Assembly: GCA_032718475.1 (NCBI GenBank)
Contig: JAUCBJ010007170.1
Span: 1 to 32,565 of the forward strand
Source: Nemertoderma westbladi
Lineage: Eukaryota; Animalia; Xenacoelomorpha
Reading direction: 5' to 3'
DNA length: 32,565 bases
The notes under the pieces were generated by a model. That model saw only the letters and a program-made list of their open reading frames with translations, ran no database searches and was not told where the DNA came from. Below, in pieces: positions 1 through 11,128 of the stretch (position 1 is the stretch's first letter; every line of letters begins with the position of its first letter). The position numbers and the translations under genes were made by a program.

Positions 1-263
1 CGACAGCCAACAGCTACCAGCCGACAGCCATCAACCGACAGCTATCAGCCGACAGCCAACAGCTTTCAGCTGACAGCTATCAACCGACAGCTATCAACTG
101 ACAGCTATCAGCCGACTGCTATCAGCAGACAGCTATCAGCCGACAGCCATCAGCCAACAGCTACCAGCCGAAAGCCATCAACCGACAGCTATCAGCCGAC
201 AGCCATCAGCTATCAGCCGACAGCTATCAGCCGACAGCTATCAACCGACAGCTATCAGCAGAC
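1..263. repeat. 14-bp tandem minisatellite (CAGCTATCAGCCGA)n, running off the left edge of the window
   Basis: Units such as cagctatcagccga, cagccatcaaccga and cagctaccagccga repeat directly from base 1 to ~263. Confidence 0.95.
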
Positions 264-265
264 AT

Positions 266-3200
266 CTATTACAGGGGCTGGATCACTCAATCACATACAC
301 CCCCGTCACGCCTATCCTATTACAGGGGCTGGATCACTCAATCACATACACCCCCGTCACGCCTATCCTACAGGGTCTGGATCACTCAATCACATACACC
401 CCCATCACGCCTATCCTATTACAGGGCTGGATCACTCAATCACATACACCACCGTCACGCCTATCCTATTACATGGGCTGGATCACTCAATCACATACAC
501 CCCCGCCACGCCTATCCCATTACAGGGGCTGGATCACTCAATCACATACACCCCCGTCACGCCTATCCTATTACAGGGGCTGGATCACTCAATCCCATAC
601 ACCCCCACCACGCCTATCCTATTACATGGGCTGGATCACTCAATCCCATACATCCCCGTCACGCCTATCCTATTACAGGGGCTGGATCACTCAATCACAT
701 ACACCCCCGTCACGGCTATCCTATTACAGGGGCTGGATCACTCAATCACATACACCCCTGTCACGCCTATCCTATTACAGGGTCTGGATCACTCAATCAC
801 ATACACCCACGTCGCGGCTATCCTATTACAGGGACTGGATTACTCAATCACATACACCCCCATCACGCCTATCCTATTACATGGGCTGGATCACTCAATC
901 ACATACACCCCCGTAACACCTATCCTATTACAGGGGCTGGATCACTCAACCACATACACCCCCACCACGCCTATCCTATTACAGGGGCTGGATCACACAA
1001 TCATATACACCCCCGTCACGCCTATCCTATTAAAGGGGCTGGATCACTCAATCACATACATCCCCGTCACGCCTATCCTATTACAGGGGCTGGATCACTC
1101 AATCACATACACACCAACCACGCCTATCCTATTACAGGTGCTGGATCACTCAATCACATACACCCCCACCACGCCTATCCTATTACAGGGGCTGGATCAC
1201 TCAATCACATACACCCCCGTCACGGCTATCCTATTATAGGGGCTGGATCACTCAATCACATACACCCCCGTCACGCCTATTCCATTACAGGGTCTGGATC
1301 ACTCAATCACATACACCCCCGTCACGGCTATCCTATTACAGGGGCTGGATCACTCAATCAAATACACCCCCGTCACGCCTATCCCATTACAGGGGCTGGA
1401 TCACTCAATCACATACACCCCCGCCACGCCTATCCTATTACAGGGGCTGGATCACTCAATCACATACACCCCCGTCACGGCTATCCTATTACAGGGGCTG
1501 GATCACTCAATCACATACACCCCCGTCACGCCTATCCTATTACAGGGGCTGGATCACTCAATCACATACACCTCCGCCACGCCTATCCTATTAGAGGGAC
1601 TGGATCACTCAATCACATACACCCCCGCCACGCCTATCCTATTACAGGGGCTGGATCACTCAATCACATACACCCCCGTCACGGCTATCCTATTACAGGG
1701 GCTGGATCACTCAATCACATACACCCCCGTCACGCCTATCCTATTACAGGGGCTGGATCACTCAATCCCAAACACCCCCGTCACGCCTATCCTATTACAG
1801 GGGCTGGATCACTCAATCCCATACACCCCACCACGCATATCCTATTACAGGGGCTGGATCACTCAATCACATACACCCCCGACACGCCTATCCTACAGGG
1901 TCTGGATCACTCAATCACATACACCCCCGTCACGCCTATCCTATTACAGGGGCTGGATCACTCAATCACATACACCCCCGCCTCGCCTATCCTATTACAG
2001 GGGCTGGATATCTCAATCACATACACCCCCGTCTCGCCTATCCTATTACAGGGGCTGGATCACTCAATCACATACACCCCCGCCTCGCCTATCCTATTAC
2101 AGGGGCTAGATAACTCAATCACATACACCCCCGTCACGCCTATCCTACAGGGTCTGGATCACTCAATCACATACACCCCCGTCACGCCTATCCTACAGGG
2201 TCTGGATCACTCAATCACATACACCCCCGTCACGCCTATCCTATTACAGGGGCTGGATCACTCAATCACATACACTCCCGTCACGTCTATCATATTACAG
2301 GGGCTGGATCACTCAATCCCATACACCCCCGTCACGCCTATCCTATTACAGGGGCTGGATCACTCAATCACATACACCCCCACCACGCATATCCTATTAC
2401 AGGGGCTGGATTACTCAATCACATACACCCCCACCACGCCTATCCTATTACAGGGGCTGGATCACTCAATCACATACACCCCCACCACGCCTATCATATT
2501 ACAGGGGCTGGATCACTCAATCCCATACACCCCCGTCACGCCTATCCTATTACAGGGGCTGGATCACTCAATCACATACACCCCCACCACGCATATCCTA
2601 TTACAGGGGCTGGATCACTCAATCACATACAACCCCGTCACGCCTATCCTATTACAGGGGCTGGATCACTCAATCCCATACACCCCCGTCACGCCTATCC
2701 TATTACAGGGGCTGGATCACTCAATCCCATACACCCCCACCACGCATATCCTATTACAGTGGCTGGATCACTCAATCACATACACCCCCATCACGCCTAT
2801 CCTATTACAGGGGCTGGATCACTCAATCACACACACCCCCGTCACGCCTTTCCTATTACAGGGGCTGGATCACTCAATCACACACACCCCCGTCACGCCT
2901 ATCCTACAGGGTATGGATCACTCAATCACATACACCCCCGTCACGCCTATCCTATTACAGGGGCTGGATCACTCAATCACATACACCCCCGTCACGCCTA
3001 TCCTATTACAGGACTGGATCAATCAATCCCATACACCCCACCACGCATATCCTATTACAGGGGCTGGATCACTCAATCACATACACCCCCGTCACGCATT
3101 TCCTATTACAGGGGCTGGATCACTCAATCACATACACCCCCGTCACGCCTATCCTATTACAGGGGCTGGATCACTCAATCCCATACACCCCCGTCACGCC

Positions 3201-6200
3201 TATCCTATTACAGGGGCTGGATCACTCAATCACATACACCCTCGTCACGCCTTTCCTATTACAGGGGCTGGATCACTCAATCACATACACCCCCGTCACG
3301 CCTATCCTATTACAGGGGCTGGATCACTCAATCCCATACACCCCCACCACGCATGTCCTATTACAGGGGCTGGATCACTTTATCACATACACCCCCGTCA
3401 CGCCTATCCTACAGGGTCTGGATCACTCAATCACATACACCCCCGTCACGCCTATCCTATTACAGGGGCTGGATCACTCAATCACATACACCCCCACCAC
3501 GCATATCCTATTACAGGGGCTGGATCACTCAATCACATACACCCCCACCACGCCTATCCTATTACAGGGGCTGGATCACTCAATCACATACACCCCCACC
3601 ACGCCTATCATATTACAGGGGCTGGATCACTCAATCCCATACACCCCCGTCACGCCTATCCTATTACAGGGGCTGGATCACTCAATCCCATACACCCCCA
3701 CCACGCATATCCTATTACAGGGGCTGGATCACTCAATCACATACACCCCCGTCACGCCTATCCTATTACAGGGGCTGGATCACTCAATCCTATACACCCC
3801 CGTCACGCCTATCCTATTACAGGAGCTGGATCACTCAATCCCATACACCCCCACCACGCATATCCTATTACAGGGGCTGGATCACTCAATCACACACACC
3901 CCCGTCACGCCTATCCTACAGGGTATGGATCACTCAATCCCATACACCCCCGTCACGCCTATCCTATTACAGGGGCTGGATCACTCAATCACATACACCC
4001 CCGTCACGCCTTTCCTATTACAGGGGCTGGATCACTCAATCCCATACACCCCCGTCACGCCTATCCTATTACAGGGGCTGGGTCACTCAATCACATACAC
4101 CCCCGTCACGCCTATCCTATTACAGGGGCTGGATCACTCAATCCCATACACCCCACCACGCATATCCTATTACAGGGGCTGGATCACTCAATCACATACA
4201 CTCCCGTCACGCCTATCCTATTACAGGGGCTGGATCACTCAATCACATACACCCCCACCACGCCTATCCTATTACAGGGGCTGGATCACTCAATCACATA
4301 CACCCCCGTCACGCCTATCCTATTACAGGGGCTGGATCACTCAATCCCATACACCCCACCACGCATATCCTATTACAGGGGCTGGATCACTCAATCACAT
4401 ACACTCCCGTCACGCCTATCCTATTACAGGGGCTGGATCACTCAATCACATACACCCCCGTCACGCCTATCCTACAGGGTCTGGATCACTTAATCACATA
4501 CACCCCCGTCACGCCTATCCTATTGCAGGGTCTGTATCACTCAATCACATACACCCACGCCTCGCCTATCCTATTACAGGGGCTGGATAACTCAATCACA
4601 TACACCCCCGTCACGCCTATCATACAGGGTCTGGATCACTCAATCACATACACCCCCGTCACGCCTATCCTACAGGGTCTGGATCACTCAATCACATACA
4701 CCCCCGTCACGCCAATCCTATTACAGGGGCTGGATCACTCAATCACATACACCCCCGTCACGCCTATCATATTACAGGGGCTGGATCACTCAATCCCATA
4801 CACCCCCACCACGCATATCCTATTACAGGGGCTGGATCACTCAATCACATACACCCCCGTCACGCCTATCCTATTACAGGGGCTGGATCACTCAATCACA
4901 TACACCCCCACCACGCCTATCATATTACAGGGGCTGGATCACTCAATCCCATACACCCCCGTCACGCCTATCCTATTACAGGGGCTGGATCACTCAATCA
5001 CATACACCCCCACCACGCATATCCTATTACAGGGGCTGGATCACTCAATCACATACACCCCCGTCACGCCTATCCTATTACAGGGGCTGGATCACTCAAT
5101 CCCATACACCCCCGTCACGCCTATCCTATTACAGGGGCTGGATCACTCAATCCCATACACCCCCAGCACGCATATCCTATTACAGGGGCTGGATCACTCA
5201 ATCACATGCACCCCCATCACGCCTATCCTATTACAGGGGCTGTTTCACTCAATCACACACACCCCCGTCACGCCTTTCCTATTACAGGGGCTGGATCACT
5301 CAATCACACACACCCCCGTCACGCCTATCCTACAGGGTATGGATCACTCAATCACATACACCCCCGTCACGCCTATCCTATTACAGCGGCTGGATCACTC
5401 AATCACATACACCCCCGTCACGCATTTCCTATTACAGGGGCTGGATCACTCAATCACATACACCCCCGTCACGCCTATCCTATTACAGGGGCTGGATCAC
5501 TCAATCCCATACACCCCCGTCACGCCTATCCTATTACAGGGGCTGGATCACTCAATCACATACACCCCCGTCACGCCTATCCTATTACAGGGGCTGGATC
5601 ACCCAATCCCATACACCCCCACCACGCATGTCCTATTACAGGGGCTGGATCACTCAATCACATACACCCCCGTCACGCCTATCCTACAGGGTCTGGATCA
5701 CTCAATCACATACACCCCGTCACGCCTATCCTATTACAGGGGCTGGATCACTCAATCACATACACCCCCGTCACGCCTATCCTATTACAGGGGCTGGATC
5801 ACTCAATCACATAGACCCCCGTCACGCCTATCCTATTACATGGGCTGGATCACTCAATCACACACACACCCGTCACGCCTATCCTATTACAGGGGCTGGA
5901 TAACTCAATCACATACACCCCCGTCACGCCTATCCTAATACAGGAGCTGGATCACTCAATCACATACACCCCCGTCACGCCTATCCCATTACAGGGGCTG
6001 GATCACTCAATCACATACACCCCCATCACGCCTATCTTATTACAGGGGCTGGATCACTCAATCGCATACACCCCAGTCACGCCTATCCTATTACAGGGTT
6101 GGATCACTCAATCACATACATCCCCGTCACGCCTATCCTATTACAGGGTCTGGATCACTCAATCACATTCACCCCCGTCACGCCTATTCTATTACAGGGT

Positions 6201-8180
6201 CTGGATCACTCAATCACATACACCCCCGTCACGCCTTTCCTATTACAGGGGCTGGATCGCTCAATCACATACATCCCCACCACGCCTATCCTATTACAGG
6301 GGCTGGATCACTCAATCACATACACCCCCACCACGCATATCCTATTACAGGGGCTGGATCTCTCAATCACATACACCCCCACCACGCCTATCCTATTACA
6401 GGGGCTGGATCACTCAATCACATACACCCCCACCACGCCTATCATATTACAGGGGCTGGATCACTCAATCCCATACACCCCCGTCACGCCTATCCTATTA
6501 CAGGGGCTGGATCACTCAATCACATACACCCCCACCACGCATATCCTATTACAGGGGCTGGATCACTCAATCACATACACCCCCGTCACGCCTATCCTAT
6601 TACAGGGGCTGGATCACTCAATCCCATACACCCCCGTCACGCCTATCCTATTACAGGGGCTGGATCACTCAATCCCATACACCCCCAGCACGCATATCCT
6701 ATTACAGGGGCTGGATCACTCAATCACATGCACCCCCATCACGCCTATCCTATTACAGGGGCTGGATCACTCAATCACACACACCCCCGTCACGCCTTTC
6801 CTATTACAGGGGCTGGATCACTCAATCACACACATCCCCGTCACGCCTATCCTACAGGGTATGGATCACTCAATCACATACACCCCCGTCACGCCTATCC
6901 TATTACAGGGGCTGGATCACTCAATCACATACACCCCCGTCACGCATTTCCTATTACAGGGGCTGGATCACTCAATCACATACACCCCCGTCACGCCTAT
7001 CCTATTACAGGGGCTGGATCACTCAATCCCATACACCCCCGTCACGCCTATCCTATTACAGGGGCTGGATCACTCAATCACATACACCCTCGTCACGCCT
7101 TTCCTATTACAGGGGCTGGATCACTCAATCACATACACCCCCGTCACGCCTATCCTATTACAGGGGCTGGATCACCCAATCCCATACACCCCCACCACGC
7201 ATGTCCTATTACAGGGGCTGGATCACTCAATCACATACACCCCCGTCACGCCTATCCTACAGGGTCTGGATCACTCAATCACATACACCCCCGTCACGCC
7301 TATCCTATTACAGGGGCTGGATCACTCAATCACATACACCCCCGTCACGCCTATCCTATTACAGGGGCTGGATCACTCAATCACATAGACCCCCGTCACG
7401 ATTATCCTATTACATGGGCTGGATCACTCAATCACACACACACCCGTCACGCCTATCCTATTACAGGGGCTGGATAACTCAATCACATACACCCCCGTCA
7501 CGCCTATCCTAATACAGGAGCTGGATCACTCAATCACATACACCCCCGTCACGCCTATCCCATTACAGGGGCTGGATCACTCAATCACATACACCCCCAT
7601 CACGCCTATCTTATTACAGGGGCTGGATCACTCAATCGCATACACCCCAGTCACGCCTATCCTATTACAGGGTTGGATCACTCAATCACATACATCCCCG
7701 TCACGCCTATCCTATTACAGGGTCTGGATCACTCAATCACATTCACCCCCGTCACGCCTATTCTATTACAGGGTCTGGATCACTCAATCACATACATCCC
7801 CACCACGCCTATCCTATTACAGGGGCTGGATCACTCAATCACATACACCCCCGTCACGCCTATCCTATTACAGGGGCTGGATCACTCAATCCCATACACC
7901 CCACCACGCATATCCTATTACAGGGGCTGGATCACTCAATCACATACACCCCCGTCACGCCTATCCTACAGGGTCTGGATCACTCAATCACATACACCCC
8001 CGTCACGCCTATCCTATTACAGGGGCTGTATCACTCAATCACATACACCCCCGCCTCGCCTATCCTATTACAGGGGCTGGATAACTCAATCACATACACC
8101 CCCGTCACGCCTATCCTATTACAGGGGCTGGATCACTCAATCACATACACCCCCGCCTCGCCTATCCTATTACAGGGGCT
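266..8180. repeat. 51-bp satellite array, ~155 monomers, consensus CTATTACAGGGGCTGGATCACTCAATCACATACACCCCCGTCACGCCTATC
   Basis: Direct reading. The 17-aa periodicity of the ORFs (GWITQSHTPPSRLSYYR, etc.) matches a 51-bp unit. 48-bp and 50-bp variants occur. The array ends abruptly at ...acaggggct|taatg (8180). Confidence 0.98.
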
Positions 8181-9946
8181 TAATGTTTCTGGTTGACGTC
8201 GAGCGTGGCGTAAGCATAATTAAATTCAGGTATACTCCGGGGGTGGAGAATCTGTTGGGGGTGTAGAGGGTCTTGCCACGAGGTGTAAAAATAATTAAAT
8301 GTTACCGTATGCGCATTTCACCCGTTGCGGGCGTCCTCAGCGGTTCATTGTTATAATATAAACATTAAAAATAGATCAATTTAAATAAAATGGTAGGACT
8401 ACCGACATAACCTAAGAACATGTACACGTGAAATGGTGGTGCAGCATAACTGGAGAAACAGATTAAAGATAGATGGCCAAATATAAATTGCGGCATTCAT
8501 TAAAGGAACTTCTGAGGCAAGTTGGCTTGTCAATCACAGCCAGTGAATAGAGGCTGAGTGTAAGTAAAGCCCAGGATGTTGGCAGATAGAAAAAGGCTTC
8601 CTATTGCCCCCCGGAAATATTGCCCCACGCACAATTACCCCTCGATATTTTATATAATGAATATATTTTAAATCTTGAAATTCTTTGAATGTTCTCCTAT
8701 AGTTTTATAAAATTCAAGTAATATTAAACTTATCAACACTTCAACACTTTGTGGGCTTATTTGATTTTTTGTAATCATTTAAATATCATAAACAATAGTG
8801 GTTGACCCCCGAACACCCCCCCCCCCCCCCCCCCTCCCCACACCTGGAGGCTGAGAGGTGCGGTTGACAGAAATATACACTTCACTGCTTGAACCAAACA
8901 GCTAACTGTACATACAGTACCAATCCCCCCACCCCCCCCCCCCCCCCCCCCCCCTCCGGACAGTTCCGTTCCGTTCCGTTCGAGTAGTACACTACTGTTT
9001 TATATTTTGCACTTTTATTTTTCATTTTGTAAGGTAAACGGACTGCTTGTATCCAGACAAGTTGTACAGTATCCAATTTCCCTTTCTTAGCTCAGAAATT
9101 GTAATTAAAATTGAAAGTGTATTTAGGTAAAGCTCTATTGTAGGCTGAGACTCTGTTTAAGCTTAGCTGAGCCAAGACGACAGACATTAGGATGGGAACA
9201 CGAACACACCATATTATCCTTCCCCTATTCATTTCAATGGTAGCCAGCTTGTCTTTCCCGCACTGGGGGTAGACCATTGCCATTGGTTAGCTGTATGCTA
9301 TTGTAATACAAAGAGAGCGGCAGGATAAAGAGAAATGCCGACCTCACTAATAATGGGCTGGTCCCACAGGTCACTTTAAGGTAGGTGGTACAGTAGGTAC
9401 TACAGTTTACATTTTCAAGGGCGCCCATCCCTAGTCGCTAGCCCATAGTCTGTCATGGAGTTCCTGTAGTAGTTTCAGACGCTTTCACTCAGTATCCTAG
9501 TGTCCAGGAAGTTGGGAGTTGAGTGTGGGTGGGTGGATTGGTGGCCCCCACGCAACACCGCAGTGTCGGGTGACTACAAAACAAAGACCAATGACCCAAA
9601 TAATAAAGACCTGTACAAATACAAAACACATGTGTTAACTTTCGTTTATTGTTTTGGTTCCCCAACACGCCTCTGTACAGCTGTAACCTGCTTCTTTACT
9701 AACCTGCTCCTTTAAATTGCAATGTGACCTCACGCTCTCTGGCAATGGGACCTAAAGCTCTTTGGAACCTAACGCTCTTTGGGACGTAACGAGACTTTAC
9801 CTCTTTGCTTTGTACAGGTCACAATGAGCGTTAAGTACCATTGCTATTTAAAGGAGCAGGTTAGTAGAGGAGCAAGTTACAGAGGCTTGACGGGGGATTC
9901 AAAACAATTAACTAAAGTTAACACATGTAACAAGATTATGCAGAAG

Positions 9947-10052
9947 TTAATTTCGGGACGTCCATATAGTTAATTTCGTGACGTCCATAAATTAATTTCG
10001 GGAAGTCCATAAATTAATTTCGGGACGTCCATAAATTAATTTCGGGACGTTC
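9947..10052. repeat. 22-bp minisatellite (TAATTTCGGGACGTCCATAAAT), ~4.7 copies
   Basis: Direct tandem copies with 1-2 substitutions each. Confidence 0.9.
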
Positions 10053-10571
10053 AGATTATTATACATACTCCTCCTTTAACGAAGCCCCATTCAACTCTTT
10101 TTATAAGACAGTGTACTCTTATCAATGCCTCAGTGGGCGGACTCCAGTACTGCAAGGCTCAGCGCCGGGTAAGTTAACAATCTGTCAATAATAAAAATGA
10201 AAGCGAGCCGACATTAAAAGTCTCGTTATCTCCCTCGCTACGCTCGGTCGTGTTCTATATATACTATATTACAAGAATATTATTAAACTTTTTTTGTGAT
10301 AAATAACCTAAATTACGGAAAACACTGAAGAATGGCTTTTGGGTATCACGAAAGAACGTATCATTTGCTGTTTGCATTAGTAATTTATTAGTAAAATTCG
10401 GGCTAATTTTTTTTAATCAATTAAAGTAACTCAGGATGACTACCAGCAACCTTATAATTAGTAAACGAACGAATGAAGTGGTAGGCATTCACCAGCGGCA
10501 GCATAGTGTAAAGATGATATAAAAATAAAGTATTGAGGGTCTTTAGCTGGTTATATTATATTAGATAAAGA

Positions 10572-10618
10572 TACAATAGTAAACGTTTTCGACCTACCGG
10601 TCTGCATCAGACTATGTA
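10572..10618 (-). ncRNA. Minimal type I hammerhead ribozyme (variant core) in the PLE 3' terminal region
   Basis: Minus strand reads UACAUAGU-CUGAUG(C)A-GACC ggua GGUC-GAAA-acgu-UU/ACUAUUGUA. Stem I pairs with a 1-nt bulge, stem II is 4 bp, and loop 3 is palindromic (ACGU). Predicted cleavage is between 10581 and 10580. Confidence 0.8.
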
Positions 10619-11128
10619 CTGGCAACTAACAGGAAAAGGTGGGGGTCTATATATATATATATATAAGTTTTAAAGGGGAATACCTGGTAGGTGAATCCCA
10701 GAAAGTTTAACGTGTATGTATGTACTGTATAACGTAAGGTAATTGTGATAGGGAGAATACACCGAGTTAGTTGTAAGCTGTCAATCTAAAGTACAAATAT
10801 AGGGTTGCAGGTTGGGTTATAAGGTTGGGAAAAGTTGATAGGGAAATCCCAGGAGTGGTCATGTGTCTACATACTGAATGGTATAATTGGATTAGGTAGG
10901 TTACATAGGATTATGAGGTATCTACTTAAAGCGCATGGTTAGGTAGAATGCAACATAATGATAGCTGTAATTTTTACAGAGTAAGAAATCACAAGAAACA
11001 GAAAAACCAAGACAAAAACAAAAAGGAAGGTAGGGGAAAAGCACATAAAACCCCGGAAATTCGCTATAGAGGGCACTGTAGTTGTGTAAGATATAGAATA
11101 TAGGGTGTATTATATAAAACGTTGGGTT

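Noticed and set aside
266-8180. CRISPR array
   Set aside because: Monomers are contiguous with no unique spacers, there are no cas genes, and the context is eukaryotic.
473-8266. Long ORFs (up to 1059 aa) as protein-coding genes
   Set aside because: They are overlapping translations of a stop-free 51-bp satellite that switch frame at 1-bp indels and contain no unique domains.
8400-9430. Possible decayed transposase or RT C-terminal remnants
   Set aside because: Only vague motifs (e.g. GRHF on the minus strand) interrupted by stops; unsupported without an HMM search.
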